Positions 16,700 through 28,605 of a stretch of 64,000 nt of DNA are shown piece after piece. Position 1 is the first letter of the stretch. Each line of letters begins with the position of its first letter. Both the position numbers and the translations under genes were made by a program. The notes beneath the pieces were generated by a model, which saw only the letters and a list, made by a program, of their open reading frames with translations, searched no databases and had not been told where the DNA came from. This stretch comes from Betaproteobacteria bacterium. GTDB taxonomy: Bacteria; Pseudomonadota; Gammaproteobacteria; Burkholderiales; SG8-41. The DNA is taken from NCBI GenBank assembly GCA_016192825.1, contig JACPTK010000011.1, forward strand, positions 16,516 through 80,515. Direction: 5' to 3'.

Positions 16700-18231
16700 G
16701 CGGCGGCTTCCATCAGGCGGACGAACGCGTCTTCCAGGGAGGCTCCGCCGTGGCGGGCGCGGATTCGGGCCGGGGCGTCGAGCGCAAGCAGGCGGCCGCG
16801 ACTGATGAACGCCACCCGGTCGCAGCCCTCCGCCTCCCTCAGGTAGTGGGTCGTGACCAGCACCGCCGTGCCGGCGCGCGCGATGGCGGCGATCGAGCGC
16901 CAGAACGATGCGCGCGTCACCGGGTCCACGCCCGAGGTGGGCTCGTCGAGGAACAGCACCGCGGGCCGGTGCAGGACGGCGCAGGCGAGGGCGAGCCGCT
17001 GGCGCAGCGCCCCCGAGAGGCGACGGACGAGAGCATGCCGCTCGCCAGCAAGTCCGGCGAGCCCCAGCGCCCAGCGCACGCGCTCCTCCATGTCCTGCCC
17101 CTCCAGGCCGTAGGCGCCGGCGAAGAACCGGATGTTCTCCTCCACCGTGAGATCGAAATAGAGGGAGAACTTCTGCGACATGTAGCCGATGCGCCCCCGC
17201 GCCGCTTCCGGGGAAACCGCTACATTGATCCCGGCCACGCGCACGACGCCTGCAGTCGGGGGGAGGATGCCGCACAGGATGCGGATGGTGGTGCTCTTCC
17301 CCGAGCCGTTCGGACCGAGCAGGCCGAACACCTCCCCGCAGCGGACCGAAAACGAAACCGAGTCGACCGCTGTGAACTTGCCGAAGGTCTTGACGAGATT
17401 CGCGACCTCAATCGCCGCTCCCTCCGATGGTCGCGCCGGGAGCGCCACGGACGGCAAGCTCGGGGCGGCGCGCAATTTCGCCTTGAAAGCTGCTTCGAGA
17501 TCGTCCCCGAACTCCGCCGGCGGCGCGCAGGCGAGGATGAGCCCCGCGGAAAGCATGGCGACGCGATCGGCGCGCGCTGCCTCGTCCATAAACGAGGTGG
17601 CGAGCACGATGGTCTTGCCGCTCGCATGGTGTTCCGCGAGCATGCGCCAAAGCTCCCGGCGCGAGAGCGGGTCCACCCCCAGCGTGGGCTCGTCCAGCAC
17701 GAGCAGCTCCGGCTCGTGCACGAGGCTGCAGCACAGGGCGAGCTTCTTCTGCATGCCGCCGGAAAGCGCTTTCGTGGCGCGGGTGAGAAACGGCGCGAGG
17801 CCCGAGAACCGCAGCAGCTTGTCGCGGCGCTCGGCAAGCAGTTCCGCGCTTACGCCGCGCACCGCCGCAAAGAACTCCAGGTTTTCCGCGACGGTGAGGT
17901 CCCCGTAAAGCGAATAGGCCTGGGACATGTAGCCGATGGTGGAGGTGATCCTCGCGGCGCCGGCGACGCTGTCCCAGCCCAGCACGGTCACGCGCCCCGC
18001 GCTGGGGTCGAGGATCGCGCAAATGGACTGGATCAGCGTGGTCTTGCCGGAGCCGTCGGGCCCGATGATCGCGAACAGCTCGCCTTTGCGGATCTCGAGG
18101 TCGATGCCGCGGAGGGCGGCTGCGCCCCGGAAGCTGCGCGCAAGCCCGCGGATCGCAACCGCAGGCGCAGCGCCGGGCTGCGGGCGCGGCGAGACGAAGG
18201 GTGCCGCGTTCGGGTCACCAGGGAACGTCAT
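16696..18231 (-). CDS. ABC transporter ATP-binding protein with two fused NBDs (YbhF-like)
   Basis: Two Walker A motifs (GPDGSGKTT, GPNGSGKST), two signature motifs (LSGGMQKKL, LSGALRQRL) and two Walker B motifs (LLVLDEPT, VLFLDEPT). Confidence 0.9.
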   Translation of the reverse strand: MTFPGDPNAAPFVSPRPQPGAAPAVAIRGLARSFRGAAALRGIDLEIRKGELFAIIGPDGSGKTTLIQSICAILDPSAGRVTVLGWDSVAGAARITSTIGYMSQAYSLYGDLTVAENLEFFAAVRGVSAELLAERRDKLLRFSGLAPFLTRATKALSGGMQKKLALCCSLVHEPELLVLDEPTLGVDPLSRRELWRMLAEHHASGKTIVLATSFMDEAARADRVAMLSAGLILACAPPAEFGDDLEAAFKAKLRAAPSLPSVALPARPSEGAAIEVANLVKTFGKFTAVDSVSFSVRCGEVFGLLGPNGSGKSTTIRILCGILPPTAGVVRVAGINVAVSPEAARGRIGYMSQKFSLYFDLTVEENIRFFAGAYGLEGQDMEERVRWALGLAGLAGERHALVRRLSGALRQRLALACAVLHRPAVLFLDEPTSGVDPVTRASFWRSIAAIARAGTAVLVTTHYLREAEGCDRVAFISRGRLLALDAPARIRARHGGASLEDAFVRLMEAAA

Positions 18232-19417
18232 CCTGCCACTTGATTTTCACGTCGACCGGCATGCCCGGCTTGAGATAGCCCTCGGGATTGTCGATCCGCA
18301 CTTTCACGCCGAAGACGAGCTTTACGCGCTCGTCCTTCATGTGCACTTCCTTGGGCGTGAATTCCGCCTGCTGCGCGATTTCGCTCACCTCGCCCGAGAA
18401 GTCCCGGACGGGGAAGGCATCGGTGACGATACGCGCGGGATTTCCGAGCCGGATCTTGCCGATGTCGCGCTCTGGAATGAACACGCGTACGTAGAGATCC
18501 TGCAAATTCACCAGCGTCGCGAGCGGCCGGCCCGGCGCGACAAGCTCGCCCCGTTCGACGAGCTTGGCCATCACTGTGCCCTCGGAGGGCGCGAGGAGCG
18601 TGGTGTCGGCGAGCGCGGCCGACACCTCGTCGACCCGGGCGCGGGCGGTATGCACCTCATTCTCGAGCGCCGCGCGCGCAGCGCGCATCCGTTCGCGTTC
18701 GGCCTGCAGGCGATCGACCTCCTTGCGCCTGATGCCGACCTCGCCCGAGGTGGCGCGCGCCCGCTCGAGCGACGCCTGCGCTTCGGCGGCACCCTGCTTG
18801 GCCGCGCGCATGCGTGCGGCCGAGGCCGTGTAGCGCGCGCGAACCTCGTCGAAATAACTCTGGCTGATGAATCCGTCAGCCACGAGCTTCTGGTAGCGCT
18901 CGTAGCTGCGCTGGTCCTGGCGGAACTGCGCCTCTGTTGCCTCGACTTCGGCCTTCGCCCGTTCCACGGCCTCCCGCGCCCGATGAACGTCATGACCGGT
19001 GGCGCCTTCGGTCACCTGCGCGGCCATGCGCGCCTGATCGATTGCGATCTCGAGCTGCTTGAGCTGAGCTTCGGCGGCGCGCAACTGGTTCTCCGCGGCG
19101 GCGGCCTGCGCTTCGGCCTGCGCGAGACGCGCCTGCGTTTCCTCCGAAGCGATGCGCGCGATGAGCCCCCCCTTTTTCAACAACTGTCCTTCCCGAATCG
19201 GGACTTCGCGGGCCACGCCGGAAAGCCGCGAGCTGACCGTGACCTCGATTCCGCGCACCTGGCCGCTGCCATCGAGAATTCCCGGTCTTTCACGAGGGAA
19301 CAGCAGGTATACAGCCGCGGCAACAATGACCGCAACGCCCGCGGTGCCAGCGGAAAGCAGCAATGCCTTGTTCCGGGAAATCACGCGACGTTTTCCCCAG
19401 TTCCGGAAGGACCGCAT
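18215..19417 (-). CDS. HlyD-family membrane fusion protein (YbhG-like)
   Basis: Start MRSFRNWGKRRV, one TM, long coiled coil (AQARLAQAEAQAAAAENQLRAAEAQLKQLE) and beta-barrel/lipoyl motifs. Its end overlaps the ATPase gene start. Confidence 0.85.
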   Translation of the reverse strand: MRSFRNWGKRRVISRNKALLLSAGTAGVAVIVAAAVYLLFPRERPGILDGSGQVRGIEVTVSSRLSGVAREVPIREGQLLKKGGLIARIASEETQARLAQAEAQAAAAENQLRAAEAQLKQLEIAIDQARMAAQVTEGATGHDVHRAREAVERAKAEVEATEAQFRQDQRSYERYQKLVADGFISQSYFDEVRARYTASAARMRAAKQGAAEAQASLERARATSGEVGIRRKEVDRLQAERERMRAARAALENEVHTARARVDEVSAALADTTLLAPSEGTVMAKLVERGELVAPGRPLATLVNLQDLYVRVFIPERDIGKIRLGNPARIVTDAFPVRDFSGEVSEIAQQAEFTPKEVHMKDERVKLVFGVKVRIDNPEGYLKPGMPVDVKIKWQDDVPW

Positions 19418-20452
19418 CGGCACCACACGCACGCGCAATCGACGTGGTTGCACGTAATGTCGTTGCGGCGGGACTGCACGCGCAGCCGAGCCCACGGATA
19501 CAGCAGCCGCTTGAGCCACGACGGGCCGTAGTAGAGGCGCAGAAACCGGCGTGCGTCGCCGCTCGCGGATGCCTTCTGCAGGAACCGGCGGTAGCCCGAA
19601 TTTCCCATGTAGCCAAATACGGCGCGGTTGACCACCGCTGCCCGCAGTCCCGGGAGAAAGGCCTGGCGCCAGCGGACATCGTGTCCTGGAATCCGGCCTG
19701 CTCGCCAGCGACCGGATGCTGTGCCGAATATGCGGAGACCGGTATCCTGAAGTTTCCCGCGCCGCCGTGCGGTTGCGGGTTTTTCATCTCCAGTCCCACG
19801 AGCTTGCGGAAACGATCGACCGTCCGCGCGACATACACGCTTTCCTGTTTGAATCCGGAGAACATGCAGCTCTTTACTGTTCCCCGCCCGTTCGTCACCA
19901 CCAAATGGGCGTAGCCTTGGGGAGCCAGATCGTCGTCGCACACCACCCAGAAACCATCGCGCATGGACGTCTCGAAGTGAAACCCCACGGCGATGGCATC
20001 CGCTGCCCTGGGACCAGCCGCAAGTATTCCGGCCACTTCGATCTGCCGGACCCTGCTATTGAATCGAACCTCCACGCCCAGCTCGCCTGCTTGCGCCAAC
20101 AGCGCGGAATCGAGACAGCCGGCGCCCGGGCCGCGGTCGACCGTATAGAAAAGCGGAAACTCGCCGCGGATGCCGTAGCGGTTGCCCCACGCATCGAAAG
20201 CGATTCCCTCTCGGCAAGGCGTCGGGGCGAAGTTGCAGGTGAGGCCATTTTGCGCCAAGCATCGAGGACATCCTCCTCTGTGGTCCAGTTCTCAAGTCCC
20301 TGGTGATCACCTTGAAACCGCGAGCCTACCTCTCCGGCGGCTTCGTGGACCACGACGCGCCGGCCCGCGCGGGCGAGCGTGATGGCCGCGGCGAGCCCGG
20401 CGGGACCCGCCCCGACAATCTGAAACATCCGTTGGCTGAGCGGGCCACTCAT
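19381..20452 (-). pseudogene. FAD-dependent oxidoreductase, frameshifted (copy 2 of 3)
   Basis: Three ORF-track pieces (19895..20452, 19290..20258, 19381..19941) together align with the intact 358-aa copy at 39510..40586. One shift lies near DAWRK/AQNGL. A second comes from an about 10-nt deletion relative to copy 3 (GACATCGTGTCCTGG versus GACATCGCCCCAGAGCGCGTCCTGG). Confidence 0.7.
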
Positions 20453-20454
20453 GA

Positions 20455-21051
20455 TCAGTGACCGTGGTCTTTGGGAACGGTCGTCTTCCCGAGGAGATGA
20501 GGATGACGCATGCTCATAGTGTCGCTGACCTTCACGGTCACGCCGAGCGTGCTTCCGCTCGCCTTGTGGCAGCCGTTGCAGCTTGCCACGGTGTCTACGA
20601 GTGCGGCCTGAAACGACTTCGGGTTCCCGTGCTCGACGGCTTCCCGCAGCTTGCGAAGATTGCCGTCCATGAAGGCCTGCAGCAGCGCGCCGAGCTTGGG
20701 ATCGATGTACTTCGAGACGCCCGTCAGCCGTCGCATCTCATCGATCTCGTGCGCCGCCACGGCCCAGTCGCCGGCGTCGCCGGCGCGGTGCATGACGTGG
20801 AACCTCTCGGCGTAGTTCGGCATGAAGTTCGTAAACCTGGGTTTCAGGGCCTCCAGCCCAGCCAGCCGTTGTCGCAACGCCTTGATCTCCTTCGCGAGGT
20901 CATCCAGCGTCTTGAGCTCCGGCTCCTTCACGGGGGCCTGTTCGCTCATCATCCGGTCGTGCACGCTGTGCTGGCTACCCAGCGCGACGCCGGCGATGGA
21001 CAGCGAAATGGGCACGATGGCCGATAATGTGAAAAGAATCGAATGTTTCAT
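20455..21051 (-). CDS. class II-like (four-helix type) cytochrome c, secreted
   Basis: Signal peptide MKHSILFTLSAIVPISLSIAGVALG. Helical body with a single C-terminal haem motif SCNGCH. The stop lies 3 nt before the oxidoreductase start. Confidence 0.55.
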   Translation of the reverse strand: MKHSILFTLSAIVPISLSIAGVALGSQHSVHDRMMSEQAPVKEPELKTLDDLAKEIKALRQRLAGLEALKPRFTNFMPNYAERFHVMHRAGDAGDWAVAAHEIDEMRRLTGVSKYIDPKLGALLQAFMDGNLRKLREAVEHGNPKSFQAALVDTVASCNGCHKASGSTLGVTVKVSDTMSMRHPHLLGKTTVPKDHGH

Positions 21052-21233
21052 CGTCGTCTCCTCTTAATCGCCGCTCGCGCTATGGTACTGGAAAGCGAGC
21101 ACGAGCAGCAGCACAAACCTCAATTCAGCAGATGCACGGATTCTTGGGCGAGAAAGTGGATCCCCGGAAACTTGCTCGTCAGCCATTCGGATAATGGTGA
21201 AACCCGGTTGTTCGACATGTCTGACTCACCGCA

Positions 21234-22208
21234 TTAGCGAGTTGGCCGGGCTGTAGCCGTCCCCCCGGACCGCTTCAGGTAACGGTAGTAGTCGCTGTCG
21301 GTCGTGAGGATCACCACCGAGTTCTTGTTCTGCCCCTCCTTGTAAGCCTCGAGGGTGCGCGAGAAGGCGTAGAACTCGGGATCTCCGCTGTAGGCCGCCC
21401 CGTACACGCGCGTCGCCTCGGCGTCGGCTTTCCCCCGGATTTCCTGCACCCGCCGGTAGGCGGTGGAGCGGATCTGGCGCAGCTCTTTCTCCATGGTTCC
21501 CAGGATCTCGGCGCTCCGGCCTTCGCCCTCGGACCGGAACTGGGCGGCGATCCGCTTGCGTTCCGAGATCATCCGGGCGTAGACCTTTTCCCGGACGCTC
21601 TCCACGTAATCGAGGCGCTTGATGCGCACGTCCACCAGCTCGATCCCGTACTGGGGGATGACCTTCCGGGCTTCGGCCAGGATGGTCCGGGTGATCTCCT
21701 CGCGCCCGCGGACGACTTGCTTCTTCAGCTCCTCGCGCACCTCGGCCGGGACCTCTTCCAGAATCTCTCCCTTGGGTACTACCCACGACGCGCTGCGAAC
21801 CAGTTCCACCAGCTCGCTGCCCGAAACCTGGTCCCGCACGACGGAGTCGATGATGTCGTTCAGGCGCGATCGGGCGCCGGCTTCCGTGGCTACGCTCTCG
21901 AGGAACTTCTTGGCGTCGGCGATCCGCCAGCGGGCCGTAGTGTCGACCCAGATGAACTCCCGCCCTTTGGTGGGGATCTGGTTGGGGTCGCCATCCCAGA
22001 TGAGGAGGCGCTTCTCGAAGCGGCGCGCCTCCTGGATGACGGGGAGCTTGACGTGCAGCCCCGCCTCGGTGACCGGATCCCCGACTGGCCGCCCGAACTG
22101 GACGATCACCGCCTGCTCGCCCTCTTCCAGCGTGTAAAAGGTCCCGGAGGCGACGATGACGATCGCCAGCAGGAGGATTCCGAGTCCGATATTGAGCGCG
22201 TTCTTCAT
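21234..22208 (-). CDS. hflC: FtsH protease modulator HflC
   Basis: N-terminal TM, then an SPFH domain (FYTLEEGEQAVIVQFGRPVG, DVRIKRLDY). Overlaps the hflK stop by 4 nt. Confidence 0.9.
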   Translation of the reverse strand: MKNALNIGLGILLLAIVIVASGTFYTLEEGEQAVIVQFGRPVGDPVTEAGLHVKLPVIQEARRFEKRLLIWDGDPNQIPTKGREFIWVDTTARWRIADAKKFLESVATEAGARSRLNDIIDSVVRDQVSGSELVELVRSASWVVPKGEILEEVPAEVREELKKQVVRGREEITRTILAEARKVIPQYGIELVDVRIKRLDYVESVREKVYARMISERKRIAAQFRSEGEGRSAEILGTMEKELRQIRSTAYRRVQEIRGKADAEATRVYGAAYSGDPEFYAFSRTLEAYKEGQNKNSVVILTTDSDYYRYLKRSGGTATARPTR

Positions 22209-23263
22209 GGCTGCTTCCCTCCCTTGACGCCTTCTGCCTGACCGTTTCCCGTGCCTGCCGCGGCAGGTATCTGTCCCGACTCCAGGCGGAGCCAGGGCAG
22301 CAGGGCCTTTTGATCGCTATCCACGATATACAGGGCCTTCGCTTCGGGCAGGATGCTCCCCATGGCCTCCAGGTAGAGGCGGCGGCGCGTGACCTCCGGG
22401 GCCCGCTGGTACTCCGCGAGAATGGCCCGGAATCGCGTTGCCTCTCCGTTCGCGCGGTTGACCCGCTCGACGGCGTAGCCCTCGGCCTCGGTGATCGTCC
22501 GGGTCGCCTCGCCGCGCGCTTTGGGGATTTCCCGATTGGCCTGCTCCTGAGCCTGATTGATCGTCCGCTCTCGGTCCTGGCGCGCCTCGTTCACCTCGTT
22601 GAAGGCGGGTTTGACTGGGTCCGGGGGCGTCACGTCCTGAAGCTCCACCGTGACCAGTCGAACGCCGGTCTCGTAGTCGCTGAGAATCTTTTGCATCTCC
22701 ACCTTTACCTCGGTGGATACGGCCACCCGGCCGACGGTCAGAACATCGCTCCCCAGGCGGTTGCCGACCACCCGGCGCATGACTGCCTCGGCGATGTCCC
22801 GGATCGTCTGCGGGGACTCGCGGACGCGGAAGAGGTAGCGGACCGGGTCCTCGATCCGGTATTGGACGATCCACTGCACGTCGATCACGTTCAGGTCCCC
22901 TGTCAGCATCAGCGACACTTCCTTGAATCCCTTCTTGTCAGCCGCGTATTGCGTTCGCCCACCGGCGCCCGTAGAAGCCGTGCCGAACCCGAATTCCTCC
23001 TTGAGGACCCGGGCCGTGGGAACCAGCCGGACGCGTTCGATGCCGTCGGGAAACTTGAAGTGCAGGCCCGGACCCACCGTGCGCTCCACTGCCCCAAAGC
23101 GCTGGACGATCCCTGTCTCCTCGGGTTGCACCGTAAACCAGATTGACGAGAGAAAGATCAGCAGCAGCACTCCCGCGATAATAATAGTGATCCGCCGGCT
23201 GCCAAGCGCGGCGGCGCGATTCCGCAACTCGTTGACGATGTCTTCGGGCTCATAAGTCGGCAT
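22205..23263 (-). CDS. hflK: FtsH protease modulator HflK
   Basis: TM plus SPFH domain (WFTVQPEETGIVQRFGAV, VELQDVTPPDPVKPAFNEV). Start taken at MPTYEPED. Confidence 0.9.
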   Translation of the reverse strand: MPTYEPEDIVNELRNRAAALGSRRITIIIAGVLLLIFLSSIWFTVQPEETGIVQRFGAVERTVGPGLHFKFPDGIERVRLVPTARVLKEEFGFGTASTGAGGRTQYAADKKGFKEVSLMLTGDLNVIDVQWIVQYRIEDPVRYLFRVRESPQTIRDIAEAVMRRVVGNRLGSDVLTVGRVAVSTEVKVEMQKILSDYETGVRLVTVELQDVTPPDPVKPAFNEVNEARQDRERTINQAQEQANREIPKARGEATRTITEAEGYAVERVNRANGEATRFRAILAEYQRAPEVTRRRLYLEAMGSILPEAKALYIVDSDQKALLPWLRLESGQIPAAAGTGNGQAEGVKGGKQP

Positions 23264-23822
23264 GGTCTGCCTCCATTCCGTAAGGGTCTTGGTGCAGCCC
23301 ACGCGCGGCTTGCGCGTCCGGTGATATTTGCCATCCTGCCGGGCCGCGGCGCAGTGTGGCGATACGATGTTCCCTGTGCTTTCCGAGCGCGGTCAGGTCG
23401 AGGCGGATCCATTCGCGTTCGGTGACGCGATCGCTCACGTGACACGACGCGCCGGGGACCTCGCTGAACACACGGCCGTTGGCGCTGGCCACGACGAACG
23501 CAAGCGCGGAAACCGAATCCGGGAGCGCCTCCAGGAACACGAAAATCCTCTCGTCATCCCATGCGCTCGCCCCCGTTGGCGAGTCGCCGGTATGCAGGAC
23601 GCTGCCATTGGCGTTACTCGGGCGGCCGGGATGAACCACCTCCGCCACGCGGCCTTCCTCGTCGAACAGCACACACGACGCATCCAGGTTTGCCGGCTCC
23701 CGGCCGGCGCTCGCGCCGGGTTCCTGCGGATGCCAGTGCAGGCCCATGACGACCTCTTTCAGATCGACTTCCCGATTCGCGCTTACGCTGTCCTTCAGGC
23801 TTGTATGACAATTGCTTCGCAT
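23250..23822 (-). CDS. TerD-domain stress protein
   Basis: SLKDSV..VDLKEVVMGLHW, NLDASCVLFDEEGRV, SVLHTGDSPTG and DDERIFV follow the TerD/TerZ pattern. Confidence 0.7.
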   Translation of the reverse strand: MRSNCHTSLKDSVSANREVDLKEVVMGLHWHPQEPGASAGREPANLDASCVLFDEEGRVAEVVHPGRPSNANGSVLHTGDSPTGASAWDDERIFVFLEALPDSVSALAFVVASANGRVFSEVPGASCHVSDRVTEREWIRLDLTALGKHREHRIATLRRGPAGWQISPDAQAARGLHQDPYGMEADHADL

Positions 23823-23843
23823 GCGTGTCCTCCTCGTGGCTCG

Positions 23844-24125
23844 TCACTTTGCCGGCGCTGCCTGCATCAGCAGTTGATGCCGCATGATTTGCTCCATCAT
23901 CATCTGCATCATGTCCATGCGGCGCTGCATGAATTCCTGCTGCTGCTTCGGATCCATCCCCGCCATGGGATCGCCCTCGCTTACCATGCCGACCACCCGG
24001 CCACGATCGTCGACGACGGGCACCGCGCTGATGCGGCGCCCGAGGAGCAGTCGCGCGATGTCCTGCACGCTGGCATCGGGCCCGACGGAGACGACTGCTC
24101 TGGTCACGACGTCCTTCGTTTTCAT
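23844..24125 (-). CDS. single-CBS-domain protein with Met-rich C-terminal tail
   Basis: GGGAGG RBS. MKTKDVVTRAVVSVGPDASVQDIARLLLGRRISAVPVVDDRGRVVGMVSEGD is one CBS motif. The tail is MDPKQQQEFMQRRMDMMQMMMEQIMRHQLLMQ. Confidence 0.7.
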   Translation of the reverse strand: MKTKDVVTRAVVSVGPDASVQDIARLLLGRRISAVPVVDDRGRVVGMVSEGDPMAGMDPKQQQEFMQRRMDMMQMMMEQIMRHQLLMQAAPAK

Positions 24126-24138
24126 CGGCACCTCCCTT

Positions 24139-26031
<1,893 letters not shown>

Positions 26032-26043
26032 GGTGTGTCCCGC

Positions 26044-27684
26044 TCAGGTCTTCACGCGGTAGCGGATCATCATCCCCAGCTCCGCGTGCTCGAGGTTATG
26101 ACAGTGAAAGACGTAGTCCTGGTCGCCGGAATAGAGGTGCGAGAAATCGAACGCGACGCGCACCGATTCGCCGGGCCACACGTTGACCGTGTCGGTGAAT
26201 CCGAGATCCTGCGGCAGCAAGCCGCGCGCACCGGCGAGGGTCCGCACCTGCGCCGGGCTGCCGTTGCGCTCCAGGACGCGGAACTGGAAGCCGTGGATGT
26301 GCATCGGGTGCGGCATGCTGGCGCGGTCGTTCTCGATCAGCCAACTCTCGGACGCGCCGCGCTGCACGGTGAGCGCATTCTTCCCGGCGTCGTACGTCTG
26401 GCCGTTGATCGTCCACTTGCCCTTGCCGTCGTGGGCGAGCTTGATGCGCCGCGGTGTGCCGGAGGGCGCCTTCGCGGCCGGGAGCATGGAAAGCGTGGCA
26501 GGGACTTTTCTGGGGTAGGCGGGCGAGGACTTCAGGTCAATGCGCAAGAGCGCGCGCGGTTCTCCCTCCATCGTCATGCCCTGCATGGGAGCGGCCGGCA
26601 TCTGCTGCGCTCCCATCTTGCCGTGGTCCATGCCGGCCATCGAGTCGCCGCCGGCGCCCTCGGCGTGCATCGGATCGAAGGCGAGCGTCGCAAGCGTCAC
26701 TGGCCGGCCTTCGTTTGCCTCGCGCAGGTCGAGCAGAAGGTCGAGGCGCTGCGCCGGCGAGATGAACGCCTGTTCAACGCGTTGCGGGGCGGCGAGCAGC
26801 CCGCCGTCGGTACCGACGAGGTAGTGGCCGAGCTTGCGCCCGCCCTGCAGGAAAGCGAGCTGGTAGGTGCGCGCGTTCGAGCCGTTCAGGATGCGAAAGC
26901 GGTAAATGCGGCGCGTGGCGCTGAGGAAGGGGCGATCGGCGAGATTGACGAGCAATCGCCCGCCGACGAAACCCTGGAACATCTCTTCGCGCGAGATCTT
27001 GTATTCGAGCCGGCCCTGCGCGTCGAAGTTGCGGTCCTGAAGCACCAGCGGAATCTCGGTCTCGCCGAGCGCGAGATCGAGGGAGCGCCGCAGCGCCGCT
27101 TCCTCCTCGTCCTCCACGAACAGCAGGCTCGCCAGCCCGTGGTACACCTGCCCGGGGATATAGCCGTGCGGATGCGGGTGGTAGAAATACATCGAGGCGC
27201 GGTCCTGGAGCTTGAACGCGTACTCGTACGCCTTGCCCGGCTCGGCGAGATAGAGTCCGTTGCCGTCGTTGCGCGCGTCGTTACCGAGGCCGTGCCAGTG
27301 GATGATGGTCGGCTCCTGAAGCCGGTTCACCATACGCACGCGGATCTCTTCGCCGCGCTTCGCGAGCAGCGCCGGGTTGAGGAAACGCTTGCCGCCCGCT
27401 TCGGCGGCATAGGCCAGATAAGGCGTGCGCTTGCCGGGCAATATCTCGACCTCGGTGCGCAATACACGCAGCTCGCGCAAGTCGGAGGCGCGCATCACGC
27501 CGTACAGGCCGCTCGCGCCGGGCAGGCGCAGCGGATTGGCGAAAGCCGCGGCTTCCTTTTCAATCGCTGCGGCCTCGGCGGCGGTTGCGCCGCCGTGCCG
27601 CACGGCGAACGCAAACGGCGCGCCTGCCGCCGCGCCGAGCGCGGTCAGGCTTTTCAGGAATTTTCTGCGGGAAATCGGATTCAT
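26044..27684 (-). CDS. Tat-exported multicopper oxidase (CueO/CopA-like)
   Basis: AAGGAG RBS and twin-arginine signal MNPISRRKFLKSL. Copper motifs IIHWHGL, FYHPHPHG, HPMHIHG and HCHNLEHAELGMM. Met-rich insert (MAGMDHGKMGAQQMPAAPMQGMTMEG). Confidence 0.9.
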   Translation of the reverse strand: MNPISRRKFLKSLTALGAAAGAPFAFAVRHGGATAAEAAAIEKEAAAFANPLRLPGASGLYGVMRASDLRELRVLRTEVEILPGKRTPYLAYAAEAGGKRFLNPALLAKRGEEIRVRMVNRLQEPTIIHWHGLGNDARNDGNGLYLAEPGKAYEYAFKLQDRASMYFYHPHPHGYIPGQVYHGLASLLFVEDEEEAALRRSLDLALGETEIPLVLQDRNFDAQGRLEYKISREEMFQGFVGGRLLVNLADRPFLSATRRIYRFRILNGSNARTYQLAFLQGGRKLGHYLVGTDGGLLAAPQRVEQAFISPAQRLDLLLDLREANEGRPVTLATLAFDPMHAEGAGGDSMAGMDHGKMGAQQMPAAPMQGMTMEGEPRALLRIDLKSSPAYPRKVPATLSMLPAAKAPSGTPRRIKLAHDGKGKWTINGQTYDAGKNALTVQRGASESWLIENDRASMPHPMHIHGFQFRVLERNGSPAQVRTLAGARGLLPQDLGFTDTVNVWPGESVRVAFDFSHLYSGDQDYVFHCHNLEHAELGMMIRYRVKT

Positions 27685-27724
27685 CGTAAAATGCTCCTTT
27701 GGAAATGTCTTGTCACGCCCCTGG

Positions 27725-28531
27725 TTACTTTGCAAGCTGGCCGTTTTCGAGGTTTGAGACGTCGTATGCGAATACGATCTGCGGGTCCGGACGGATCAGC
27801 CGCTCATCCTTGTCTGCGTAGTGAAGCCGGCTGAGTACATCTTTGATGATATTGAGCCGCGCCCGACGTTTGTCATTGGCGCGCACGAGTGTCCACGGTG
27901 CCATGGGATTGTGCGTGCGCGCCAGCATCTCGTTGCGCGCCGCGCTGTATTGCTTCCAGTACTTGATTGCCTGGTCGTCGATGGAACTGACTTTCCACTG
28001 CTTGAGCGGGTCCGATTTACGGTCCTCGAGGCGCTTCTTCTGCTCGGCTTTGCTGATGTCGAGGTAATACTTGAGGAGCTTCACGCCCGAGCGGACCAGC
28101 ATGTTCTCAAAGTCCGAGACCGAGCCCATGAACTCCTCATGCTCGGCCTCGGTACAGAAGCCCATCACCCGCTCGACGCCGGCGCGGTTATACCAACTGC
28201 GGTTAAAGAGCACGAGTTCCTGGGCCGCCGGCAGATAGGGAACGTAACGCTGGAAGTACCACGATGTACGGTCCCGGTCCGAAGGTTTTCCGAGCGCGAC
28301 GACGCGGGTTTCGCGCGGACTCAAATGCTGGACTATGCGCTTGATCGTGCCGTCCTTGCCGGCCGCATCCCGGCCCTCCAGGATGATCAGTATCTTGTCA
28401 TTGCAGTTGATGAAGTGCCGCTGCAGCTTGACCAGTTCGACCTGAAGCCTGCGCAGGCTGTCCTTGTAGTCCTTCTTCGAGATCGAGGGCTCGTGCGCGC
28501 CCGATTTCTTTTCGCTGGCTTTCTTGCTCAT
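27725..28531 (-). CDS. ppk2: polyphosphate kinase 2
   Basis: ILEGRDAAGKDGTIKRI (Walker A), WYFQRYVPYLPAAQELVLFNRSWYNRAGVERV. Typical single-domain PPK2 length. Confidence 0.9.
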   Translation of the reverse strand: MSKKASEKKSGAHEPSISKKDYKDSLRRLQVELVKLQRHFINCNDKILIILEGRDAAGKDGTIKRIVQHLSPRETRVVALGKPSDRDRTSWYFQRYVPYLPAAQELVLFNRSWYNRAGVERVMGFCTEAEHEEFMGSVSDFENMLVRSGVKLLKYYLDISKAEQKKRLEDRKSDPLKQWKVSSIDDQAIKYWKQYSAARNEMLARTHNPMAPWTLVRANDKRRARLNIIKDVLSRLHYADKDERLIRPDPQIVFAYDVSNLENGQLAK

Positions 28532-28605
28532 GGCTGAGTACCTTCATTTGCGGACCACGCGAGGGTAATTCCCTGATTCGTGTGTCGCCTGCGGGCGTTG
28601 TCGCT

